The position numbers and the translations under genes are program-made. Positions 1-7,689 of a stretch of 20,000 bases of DNA are shown piece by piece. The first letter of the stretch is position 1. The number at the start of each line of letters is the position of its first letter. This stretch comes from an uncultured virus (IMG/VR IMGVR_UViG_3300031133_000402). Taxonomy: Duplodnaviria; Heunggongvirae; Uroviricota; Caudoviricetes. The notes under the pieces were generated by a model, which made no database searches, had not been told where the DNA came from, and saw only the letters and a program-made list of their open reading frames with translations. The stretch is from the IMG/VR virus record IMGVR_UViG_3300031133_000402, one strand, 5' to 3'.

Positions 1-49
1 TTTTGATTTCGATGTCGTCGGTATGAATTTCTGACGGTGGCCTCGCCAT
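1..49 (-). CDS. Possible 5' end of a gene running off the window edge (MARPPSEIHTDDIEIK...)
   Basis: ATG at 49-47, frame open to position 1, same strand as all other genes; too short to confirm. Confidence 0.3.
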   Translation of the reverse strand, partial: MARPPSEIHTDDIEIK

Positions 50-84
50 CCCGGCCGTGGATCCGCGCGCGAACGATGTTCGTC

Positions 85-462
85 CTACTGAACCCTGACG
101 GTTTCCGCGCGTGGCGGCCCTTCGGAACGCGTCGAGCTGGACCTGCCCCGCATGGCCTCTTCCCGCGCCTGACGCTCGAAGATGGGCCCAAGGAACATGA
201 CCATCATGAGAAGCCCCGCGATGACGAGCAGGATGATCGTGACGATGTCCATGCGCTTCACGAACCGCATCGTCTTCCGGGCGTCGCGGTCCATCCAGTC
301 GTCCAGATAGGCGTCCCGTTCGGCCTTGCCGAGCGCCTTGGTGCCCTCGTCCAGCTCCTTGCGGGTCCGCACGTTCTTCCTCCTGATCATGTAGCTGGGA
401 CCGAAGCAGACGACGATGAAGACCGCCACGAGGGCGGCCGTCGTCAAGAGGGGTGAGTTCAT
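85..462 (-). CDS. Small two-TM membrane protein, 125 aa (paralog family A)
   Basis: Two hydrophobic segments (LLTTAALVAVFIVVCFG; IVTIILLVIAGLLMMVMFLG) around a charged linker; GAAGG upstream; resembles 3378-3758. Confidence 0.8.
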   Translation of the reverse strand: MNSPLLTTAALVAVFIVVCFGPSYMIRRKNVRTRKELDEGTKALGKAERDAYLDDWMDRDARKTMRFVKRMDIVTIILLVIAGLLMMVMFLGPIFERQAREEAMRGRSSSTRSEGPPRAETVRVQ

Positions 463-537
463 GGCTTCGCCTTCATGAGTAGGTTGGTGGTTTGACGCCC
501 GACGGCCTTGGAAGAGCGCCAGGCCGCAGGGTCGGCA

Positions 538-1122
538 TCAGTTGGAGAGCACGAGGGCGCGATCGCGCTCTGCGCGCATCTTGGCCTCTTCCGATCTCGC
601 ATCGACCAGGACGGGTCCCTCGATGATGTCGTGCGCCTCGCCTTTGGTCACGCGGCCATCGGCCGCTGCGCGCCTGATCTCGGCGGCGACGGTCGGATAC
701 TGGCGCACCAGCGCCAGTTCCTTGAATTGGTCGGGAGTCGCCTGCTGCACTCGGACGTACGGATTGCTCGCGCCGTCGTGATCCTTCGTCTCGATGCAGA
801 CCCCCATCACGTAGACCAGGGCGTACCATCCCACCAGCATCGCGAGGATCCATGAGAAGATGTTCTTCTCCCCGGGGTGGTACGATATGCCCACGCCCAT
901 GTAGCCGATGAGCGCGAGCGTCGACACCATCGTCATGGCGCCGGCGCCGTCCCGGGTGCTTGCCCACTTGTAGGCGATGTCGGGCGTCAGTCGGCCCGAC
1001 ATTGACCACATCAGGACGAGGGGTGCCAGGACGACTGCGATGGCCATCGCTATCATCACGGCCTTCGTCAGATCGGACGGTCCCCTGGTCGTGTTTTCCG
1101 GTGCAGATGCTGCTTCGGTCAT
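538..1122 (-). CDS. Membrane protein with 3 predicted TM segments and a helical C-terminal domain, 194 aa
   Basis: AAAGGA RBS upstream of ATG; three hydrophobic stretches; C-terminal PDQF...ADGRVTKGEA motif. Confidence 0.8.
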   Translation of the reverse strand: MTEAASAPENTTRGPSDLTKAVMIAMAIAVVLAPLVLMWSMSGRLTPDIAYKWASTRDGAGAMTMVSTLALIGYMGVGISYHPGEKNIFSWILAMLVGWYALVYVMGVCIETKDHDGASNPYVRVQQATPDQFKELALVRQYPTVAAEIRRAAADGRVTKGEAHDIIEGPVLVDARSEEAKMRAERDRALVLSN

Positions 1123-1152
1123 TGATTCGTTCCTTTGTCGTTCACCGGGCCG

Positions 1153-2193
1153 TCAGGCGTGCGAAGAGGTCGGCATGGGCGTGATCACCAGATTCCGTCC
1201 CGTCCTGACATGCGGTAGCGCCCCTGATTTCGTGAGACGCCCGATCGCGTACCAGGCCTGCCCGACGGTGATGCCGGCGTTGTCGTGGATGAGGTGGACG
1301 AGTTCGGACTGTGAGATGCCGCCGGTCTCCTTCGTGATCCTGACGGCGCTCGCGAAGGCCTTCTGGTCGTTCGTGCCCTCGTAACGCTCGCGAGGGAAGC
1401 GGCTGGTCTTCGTCGCCGGCGTCTGTTCGGGGTTGCGGGTCTTCGGCGGAGTCGTCCTGCCGCCGCGCGATCTCGGAGCGTTGAGTGCCGTGTCGCGGTA
1501 CCGCGTCGAGCGCTGCGCCGGCGTCACCACCGGATGCCGCTCGACGGGGGTCTTGAGGACGCCGATGGTCCAGGGCGCTCTTGCATCGGGATCGTCCGGA
1601 TGGAAGCGCTTGCGTGGCTTGACCACCTCCTGGAGATGCCATGTCAGGACGCCTGCGTCATGCAGCTTCTGAGACTTCGACACCACCTCGTCCCAGCTGG
1701 GTACGGCCATCATCTTCATGATGCCGAACATCGCGCGGTCGCTCCACCGGTCGATCGGCCGTTCGGCATGGATCATCTTGTGGTAGGTCGACCAGGGGAT
1801 CCTCAGGTCCTCGATGATGTGCCGGTATAGGTAGGTGCGGCGGTGCGCCTCGTATCGGATGGCGGCGGCCAGTATCACCGACTGGCGATCTCCCCCGCGC
1901 ACCTTGCGAAGGTGTACGGTCGAGGAATCGGCCCAGGCCTGTGCCTGTTCCGCGTTCATCGATGACAGCATCAGGCTGGCCGGTCTGGTCCGGAGGACCT
2001 TCGCGATGATCCTGAGTTCGCTTTCACGCGCGATCGACGTCCCCCGCTCCAGCTTGTAGAGACGTGCATAGGGTATCTCGGGGAGCGCACGGCTCAGAGC
2101 CTTGAGGGATTCGTATCCCCTCAGCACCCGTATCTCCGCTATCGCGTTCGGGTTCAGCACGTCCCATGCGACGGGGAGGATCGTCCTCTTCAT
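1153..2193 (-). CDS. XRE-family helix-turn-helix protein with possible additional HTH/winged-helix domains, 346 aa
   Basis: N-terminus IAEIRVLRGYESLKALSRALPEIPYARLYKLERG...ELRIIAKVL fits the Cro/C1 XRE pattern; AAGGGG RBS upstream. Confidence 0.75.
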   Translation of the reverse strand: MKRTILPVAWDVLNPNAIAEIRVLRGYESLKALSRALPEIPYARLYKLERGTSIARESELRIIAKVLRTRPASLMLSSMNAEQAQAWADSSTVHLRKVRGGDRQSVILAAAIRYEAHRRTYLYRHIIEDLRIPWSTYHKMIHAERPIDRWSDRAMFGIMKMMAVPSWDEVVSKSQKLHDAGVLTWHLQEVVKPRKRFHPDDPDARAPWTIGVLKTPVERHPVVTPAQRSTRYRDTALNAPRSRGGRTTPPKTRNPEQTPATKTSRFPRERYEGTNDQKAFASAVRITKETGGISQSELVHLIHDNAGITVGQAWYAIGRLTKSGALPHVRTGRNLVITPMPTSSHA

Positions 2194-2337
2194 GCGGCAG
2201 CCCCTTGTTGGTCATGATGTTCGGTGCACTCGACGGTGAGCGTCGGGCATGACTCGAGGACCGTGGAAGCGCGGTCCACGGTGTTCACGTTTCGGTGCGA
2301 CGCCATGCCGGGTGTCGCGCATGTCGGCGTCTTCGTT

Positions 2338-3195
2338 CTAGATCGCGCCTCGGACGATGTCGTCGGTGGCCATGTACGGCGTCCGCCCCTCGTCCTTGAA
2401 CTCGTTGATGACGCGCTCCTCGCTCAGGAAGCAGCGCACGTCGTGGCGCACCGTCTGGTCGCCGGTCTCGACGATCGACAGGGGCACGAGCCCCGCCCGC
2501 GCCATGATCAGCTCGTCGAGCTCGAGCATGTGGAAGGCCTGGATCTCGAAGCGTCCGCAGTCGCAGTCGATGTCCTGGCTCTTGTCGATGGCGATCTGCG
2601 GCACGTCGAGATGACGGCACAGGTCGATCACCTCGGTCTTGTACAGGTGGATGATCGGGAACATGCTCACCGCCTTGGTGATGAGCGTGTACGCGCCGAC
2701 CGCGTGCTCGGTCGCGTTGCGGGTGCCGACCGGGAAGTAGTAGGTGCCCGTCAGCATGTCGCCGCGCCCGTTCACCTCCTCCTTGGCCTTGTCGTGGAGC
2801 GAGCCCCAGCGCATGCCGTCCTTGCTGTGGCGGATCGACGTGTCCACCTCGAGGCCGGCCTCGGGCCAGCGCGCGCGGATCCACGGGAAGATCTCGCGTT
2901 CGACCCACTTGGTGTCGTCGCTCGCCGTGCAGACGAACGGCACGTTCATCTCGACGAACTTGTCCTGCGTCTCGTGCTGGAAGTTCACGCCGCGCACGTT
3001 GGCGAGAGGCTTGCCCAGTCGCTCGAACGCCATGAGGCACAGCACGTAGGACAGCAGTGAGTCCGTGCCGCTGAGGCCGACGATGACGCCCGGCGCCTCC
3101 TCGCGGCGGATCGTCTCGCAGATCCAATCCACGCTGCGGTCGATCACCGCCTCGATGTCGAGCTTGCGGATGCGTGTGGCTGGCTTGTGGATCAT
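2338..3195 (-). CDS. nadE: Divergent NH3-dependent NAD+ synthetase (NadE)-like PP-loop ATP pyrophosphatase, 285 aa
   Basis: GVIVGLSGTDS (PP-loop-like), VGTRNATE..VGAYT and FPIIHLYKTEVIDLCRHLDVPQIAIDK match NadE motifs; GAGGAG RBS before ATG at 3195; no glutaminase domain. Confidence 0.7.
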   Translation of the reverse strand: MIHKPATRIRKLDIEAVIDRSVDWICETIRREEAPGVIVGLSGTDSLLSYVLCLMAFERLGKPLANVRGVNFQHETQDKFVEMNVPFVCTASDDTKWVEREIFPWIRARWPEAGLEVDTSIRHSKDGMRWGSLHDKAKEEVNGRGDMLTGTYYFPVGTRNATEHAVGAYTLITKAVSMFPIIHLYKTEVIDLCRHLDVPQIAIDKSQDIDCDCGRFEIQAFHMLELDELIMARAGLVPLSIVETGDQTVRHDVRCFLSEERVINEFKDEGRTPYMATDDIVRGAI

Positions 3196-3377
3196 GGTCG
3201 ATCTCCTCTGTCGGGAACTGAAGCCTTTTCCCCCTGGATCAGGCATCTGATCTCCGATCCCTACGTGATCAGCCGCACGGCCAGCCAGGCGGCACCTGTG
3301 ACCGAAACGAGTGGCGGACGAGACGGCGCACGCCGATGTCGAGTGCGTCGTCGGTCATTCATGGCTCCCGTGGATCA

Positions 3378-3758
3378 TCAAAGAAAGAGGAAGGGCATGT
3401 CGTAGTCGCGCACCGGGGCAGGGGGCGGCTTCTCGCCCCGCTCGGCCGCCTTGTGCTCGATGCTGTACTGCGCCGCCATGTCGCCCAACATCATCACGGC
3501 GAACAGCAGCGCGGCCAAGGCGAGAAGCGTGAGCGTCAGGTAGTGCACGAAGGCGTCCATCCGGTACCTCTTCCTGTCCGCCTTCTCCTCCGCGGCGATT
3601 CTGCGGAGTTCCAAAGCGATCTGCCGGTCCTGCGCTTCCACGTTCGCCGGCTTGTCCGCCACCGCCTTCGCCACACCGAGCAAGAGCATTCCCAGCGCCA
3701 GCATGGCCAACTCTCCTCGCCTGGAGAACCGGGGCTGCGCGTCGTTCGGACCGGTCAT
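3378..3758 (-). CDS. Small two-TM membrane protein, 126 aa (paralog family A)
   Basis: ATG at 3758 overlaps the upstream stop (ATGA); two hydrophobic segments; resembles 85-462. Confidence 0.75.
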   Translation of the reverse strand: MTGPNDAQPRFSRRGELAMLALGMLLLGVAKAVADKPANVEAQDRQIALELRRIAAEEKADRKRYRMDAFVHYLTLTLLALAALLFAVMMLGDMAAQYSIEHKAAERGEKPPPAPVRDYDMPFLFL

Positions 3759-4495
3759 GCGGCGATACGCGCGTTGACGATGGCGATGACGGCTGGTGCC
3801 GACGCCTTGCCGCCCGTCGCCTTCATGGCCTGGCCGACGAACCACTGCACAAGCTTCGGGTTCTCGCGCGCCTTGTCGAACTGCCCGGGATTGTCGGCGA
3901 TGATGCGGTCGACGATCGGCTCCAGATCGTCTGCGGACACCGCCTTGAACTCGGGACGCGCGATGAGATTGTTGAAGTCGAAGCCCGCCTGGGTGTCGCT
4001 GAGCGGACGATGCGGGATCTTCAGCAGCTCGGCGAACACGGCCTTGGCCATCGTGCGGTCGATCGTGCCCTCGCGGATCGCATAGGCGAACCACGACAGG
4101 TAGTGCGCAGGCAGAATGCGCGGGATGTCGCCGAACCGCAAGCCTCGCACCTTGACCTCGGCGGCGAGCGCGGACATGATCCACTTCAGCGGCTCGTCGG
4201 TCGGCTCGCCCATGAAGCCGTGGTCCTTCGACGCCAGCGCCAGATAGTACCACATGTCGGGATCGTTGTCGCTGGCGCCGGCGAACTCGGCCGCCCGCTC
4301 GACGCTCGTCTCGAACCCCATGTCCTCCGCCATGATGACGTGCGGCGCCTTCTGGAACCAGAACCGGCGCGTGTTGAGCACGTAGTCGCCGTGCAGCGAA
4401 CGGGTCCAGGGAGCCGTCGCGTCCGCCCGCTGTTCGCGGTGGCCGTGTTCGAAGTCGTCGTCGACGCGATCGACCACGTTGCGGGTTTCCATCAT
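3755..4495 (-). CDS. Stand-alone GatB/YqeY C-terminal (tRNA-binding) domain protein with an unknown N-terminus, 246 aa
   Basis: EGTIDRTMAKAVFAEL...LEPIVDRIIADNPGQF...LVQWFVGQAMKATGGKA matches the GatB C-terminal helical/YqeY tail; the catalytic GatB N-terminal domain is absent; ATGA coupling. Confidence 0.8.
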   Translation of the reverse strand: MMETRNVVDRVDDDFEHGHREQRADATAPWTRSLHGDYVLNTRRFWFQKAPHVIMAEDMGFETSVERAAEFAGASDNDPDMWYYLALASKDHGFMGEPTDEPLKWIMSALAAEVKVRGLRFGDIPRILPAHYLSWFAYAIREGTIDRTMAKAVFAELLKIPHRPLSDTQAGFDFNNLIARPEFKAVSADDLEPIVDRIIADNPGQFDKARENPKLVQWFVGQAMKATGGKASAPAVIAIVNARIAA

Positions 4496-4794
4496 TCTTC
4501 TCCTGGGTGTTTTGGCGTTGCCAATGGTTCGAGCCGGGCGATCTCCACTCCCTTCCGGCGCTGAACTACCGCGATGTCGTACGCCCCCTGCATGCGCAGG
4601 AGTTCGACCGGATCGATGCCCAGCACCCGCTCGAAGCGCAGCGCCATCGGCGGCGTGACGCCGCGGTGCTCGTTGAGGATGACGTTGAGCGTGTGCCGGC
4701 TTACGTCCATGGCCTGCGCGATCTCGTCCTGCGTCTGGCTCATGCCCGCGACGATCGAACGCAGATGCTCTCCCGGATGGGGCACGCGCGTCAT
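4492..4794 (-). CDS. higA: HigA-family addiction-module antitoxin (HTH), 100 aa
   Basis: HPGEHL start, TQDEIAQAMDVSRHTLNVILNEHRGVTPPMALRFERVLG HTH, and LLRMQGAYD C-terminal signature. Confidence 0.85.
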   Translation of the reverse strand: MTRVPHPGEHLRSIVAGMSQTQDEIAQAMDVSRHTLNVILNEHRGVTPPMALRFERVLGIDPVELLRMQGAYDIAVVQRRKGVEIARLEPLATPKHPGEE

Positions 4795-5534
4795 GCCTCG
4801 CCCCCGGGCGTCGTGATGGCGGCGATGCGTTCGGGCAGGGTCAGCCAGCGGTCGCCGTCCATGCAGGGCGCGTCCGCCCGGTCGAGCGCGGTCTCGACGT
4901 CCTCGAACGTGCTGTCGTCCATCCGCCCGTCGGGAAGACCGCGCGTCATGGTGGCGACGAGATCGCCGCGCGCGACGGCGCGCCCCCGCTGCGTCACCGT
5001 GATGGTGCAGAGCGGATCACGGCCGATGTCCACGTACCCGCGCCGCCGCGCCTCCTCGATCGTCCCGGCGTCCTGGTAGGCCTTCTCCCACGTCCTGAGA
5101 CGCGGCCGGTTCTCCTCGCCGTTGGCGATGAAGTCGGCGACGTACGCCTCTGGCGTCAGTTCCGCACCCGACCGTATGGGCGTCGCGCTCGTACCGTCGA
5201 TCCGCGCCGCGGCCGTTGCCGCCACCGTCTTCAGCACGGCCTGGCAGCGACCGACGATCTCCGCCTCCACCTCCCGGACGACAGTCGCGAGCGGCCGCAT
5301 CTCCGCGGGCACGACGTCGAACGTCTCGTCGCGCGACCAGCCCTCCTTCGAGCGGAGCAGACGCTCCTCGCCGAACGGCGTGCGCAGCGTGGCCTCGACG
5401 ACGTGGCCGTCGCGTCTGATCACCTCCCAGAAGGCCGATGGCGTTCCCGAATTTCCCACGGCCCCGGGCATGTCGTCCGTGACCGGCTCGTCGATGGTCG
5501 GGAAGGCGAGTCCGATGGCGATCGTGTCGGTCAT
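4791..5534 (-). CDS. Hypothetical protein, 247 aa
   Basis: AGGA RBS; stop overlaps the HigA start (ATGA); normal protein-like composition. Confidence 0.75.
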   Translation of the reverse strand: MTDTIAIGLAFPTIDEPVTDDMPGAVGNSGTPSAFWEVIRRDGHVVEATLRTPFGEERLLRSKEGWSRDETFDVVPAEMRPLATVVREVEAEIVGRCQAVLKTVAATAAARIDGTSATPIRSGAELTPEAYVADFIANGEENRPRLRTWEKAYQDAGTIEEARRRGYVDIGRDPLCTITVTQRGRAVARGDLVATMTRGLPDGRMDDSTFEDVETALDRADAPCMDGDRWLTLPERIAAITTPGGEA

Positions 5535-5587
5535 GCGGCGTGTCCTATTCGGTGTGGGGCGTCGTTGTCATCGGCGCATGCGCGACG

Positions 5588-5863
5588 TCATTCGGGATCG
5601 CCGAACACCTTCTCCACGACGTGGTCGATCAGGCCCTGCGCCTCGCCGTCGTCGGCGCCGAGGTCGCCGAGACGCTCCTGCACGGGACGCATGGCGGCAT
5701 GGACGCTCTGCGCGGTCGCGCCCGGTGCGTTGACCGCGTCCTGCAGCGCCTTGTTGAGGTCGGCGGCGGCCTGGTCGCGGCCCTTCACGTCGAACAGCTC
5801 CCACTGATCGGCGGAGAAGGACACCTCGATGGTGGCCGAGCGCTGGATGTTGAGATTCTTCAT
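5588..5863 (-). CDS. Small hypothetical protein, 91 aa
   Basis: GAGGA RBS before ATG at 5863 (MKNLNIQRS...). Confidence 0.75.
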   Translation of the reverse strand: MKNLNIQRSATIEVSFSADQWELFDVKGRDQAAADLNKALQDAVNAPGATAQSVHAAMRPVQERLGDLGADDGEAQGLIDHVVEKVFGDPE

Positions 5864-5906
5864 GGTTCGTTCCTCATCGTCGTGGTCGAGTGTTTGCGGC
5901 AATGTC

Positions 5907-6824
5907 TCAGCCGGCTTCGGCGCTCGTTCGTGCGGCGTTGCGCACGGCCTCCTGCCATCGGGTGTTCTGTTCGCGGGTCCAGACGCTTCGTTTGTCCGAG
6001 GTGAGCACGCCGCCGAGCAGGTAGGTCATCAGACCCGTCAGCGCGAAGCCGATGACGAAGGTGATGGCCACCACGATCTTCTCCCCCATGCCCGGCTTCA
6101 CGGCGAGCACGTACATGCTGAGGATCGATGTCATCACCATGAGCGTCATCGTGAACACCATGGCCATGACGAACTGGTTCTCGCCGCACCCGGCGTCGAC
6201 CGTCCTGTCGCGCATGCGGATCATACGTGTCAGTGTTCCCCAGGCCGCGCCGAACGGATCTGATCGTCTCGAGATCTTCCGCATATCCGCGGCGACGGTC
6301 ACGATCAGCGTGTCGCCGTCGAGGACGGCCGACAGGATCCTGCGTTCGGCGGGTAGCGCCGGATGATCCATAACGGCACCCAGGGGACGCCCCTCCATGG
6401 CGTCGAGCAGCGTGTCCGGCACCTGCATGGCCTCCACCCGCAGTTCGCGTCCCGTCCACGTCGCGCCCGGGCTTATCTGCGCCTTGAAGGCGTATGCACC
6501 GTCGACGATGCGTCCCCGTTCGACGTTGGGCAGCGTCTCGTCGATGATCAGTCTTCCATTGCCACGTTCAGCGATGTCGGCTATGGCCCGGGTCGCGCGT
6601 CCGGCGCTCATTCCCCTATGCATGAGCAGCGGGTGCAGCGACGCGTCGACCCTCACGTTTCCCATGACGGGTTCGATGTCGACCATGTCGCTCACCTTCC
6701 CGGGTTCCGTCGACGCATTGACCGTCCCGTTGCCTCCGACCACTATGACCGTTGCACCGCTGACGGCCTGTCCCGCCTGGAAGGGCTGCCCGTTTACCGT
6801 GATCTGCATGGTGGAGTCTCGCAT
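5907..6824 (-). CDS. Hypothetical protein with a P(D/E)T..A..GR domain and two C-terminal TM helices, about 305 aa (paralog family B)
   Basis: VPDTLLDAMEGRPLGAVMDHP motif; two C-terminal hydrophobic helices; start is 6824 or 6809. Confidence 0.75.
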   Translation of the reverse strand: MRDSTMQITVNGQPFQAGQAVSGATVIVVGGNGTVNASTEPGKVSDMVDIEPVMGNVRVDASLHPLLMHRGMSAGRATRAIADIAERGNGRLIIDETLPNVERGRIVDGAYAFKAQISPGATWTGRELRVEAMQVPDTLLDAMEGRPLGAVMDHPALPAERRILSAVLDGDTLIVTVAADMRKISRRSDPFGAAWGTLTRMIRMRDRTVDAGCGENQFVMAMVFTMTLMVMTSILSMYVLAVKPGMGEKIVVAITFVIGFALTGLMTYLLGGVLTSDKRSVWTREQNTRWQEAVRNAARTSAEAG

Positions 6825-6855
6825 GTCGTGCGGTGTTGGAGATGCCGGACGGCCG

Positions 6856-7149
6856 TCACGGTTTGCTGTCGGTCGCTAGTGGTTTCATGGTGAGGTTGCG
6901 GAAGTGCCCGTGGCCGCGCCAATCACCCTGCTTCACGCCGAACGTCACCACGTCGCCGGGCTTGGCCAGCGCGATGTCGGGGTTGACGCGGCGGTTCTTG
7001 GCGGCTCCAACCCCCGAGTCGATCTCGTAGAAGCGTCCGTCGCGCAGCACCACGGTATATCCCTGGGTCACGTCGCTGAAGTGCGTGATGCCGATGCGAT
7101 CGACGATGCCTTCGACGGTCTCGACCGGCTTCTTGCTGAACAGTCCCAT
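6856..7149 (-). CDS. Small beta-rich hypothetical protein, possibly OB-fold-like, 97 aa
   Basis: GGGAG RBS; abuts the upstream stop; strand pattern TVEGIVDRIG...YTVVL...AKPGDVVTF. Confidence 0.7.
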   Translation of the reverse strand: MGLFSKKPVETVEGIVDRIGITHFSDVTQGYTVVLRDGRFYEIDSGVGAAKNRRVNPDIALAKPGDVVTFGVKQGDWRGHGHFRNLTMKPLATDSKP

Positions 7150-7689
7150 TCACGATCTCCCTCGATCTTGCTTTCCTTTTCCCGTTCCCATGTCGGGTTC
7201 GTCCGGCATCCTCACCACCATGCTGATCCACGACAGTCCGAAGACGTCGCTGTCGATCTGGGTCGCGGTCTCGATTACCAGGCCCGCATCCCCGCCGACG
7301 TCGAGCACGTCGCGCAGACGTCGGCCCACCAGCGCGTCGACCACCGTCTCGGGAAGCATGTGCCGACGCTTGTCGAACAGGCATATCCTATGTCGCCCGG
7401 GGCCGGCCTGGTCGCGGTGGTACTGCCAGTAATGGGTCGACCCCGCGTCCAAGGTCACGTTGGGGTGGTTCGAGGCGGTGTCGATGGCGATGTACGACCT
7501 GCCGTCTTCGCCTTTCGTGATGATCGACGTCGATGTCCGCAACAATGGCCACATGGCGTCCAGATCGACATCACCATCGCGCAGGGCGGCCGCCACCACG
7601 GCATCGGCCAGCCAGTCGTCGATCGGACGCCATGACCGCGTCGCTCGTCGCAGCATGCGGCGCAGGACCCCACGCAGGCGATGCGTCAA
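7150..7689 (-). CDS. Hypothetical protein (paralog family B), about 179 aa
   Basis: TTG start overlaps the upstream stop (TTGA); LPETVVDALVGRRLRDVLDV motif. Confidence 0.7.
   Translation of the reverse strand: MTHRLRGVLRRMLRRATRSWRPIDDWLADAVVAAALRDGDVDLDAMWPLLRTSTSIITKGEDGRSYIAIDTASNHPNVTLDAGSTHYWQYHRDQAGPGRHRICLFDKRRHMLPETVVDALVGRRLRDVLDVGGDAGLVIETATQIDSDVFGLSWISMVVRMPDEPDMGTGKGKQDRGRS

Noticed and set aside
3755..4495. Calling this gene gatB
   Set aside because: Only the C-terminal tRNA-binding part is present; no catalytic domain and no gatA or gatC
4492..5863. Complete HigBA toxin-antitoxin module
   Set aside because: No neighbouring ORF shows recognisable RelE/HigB features
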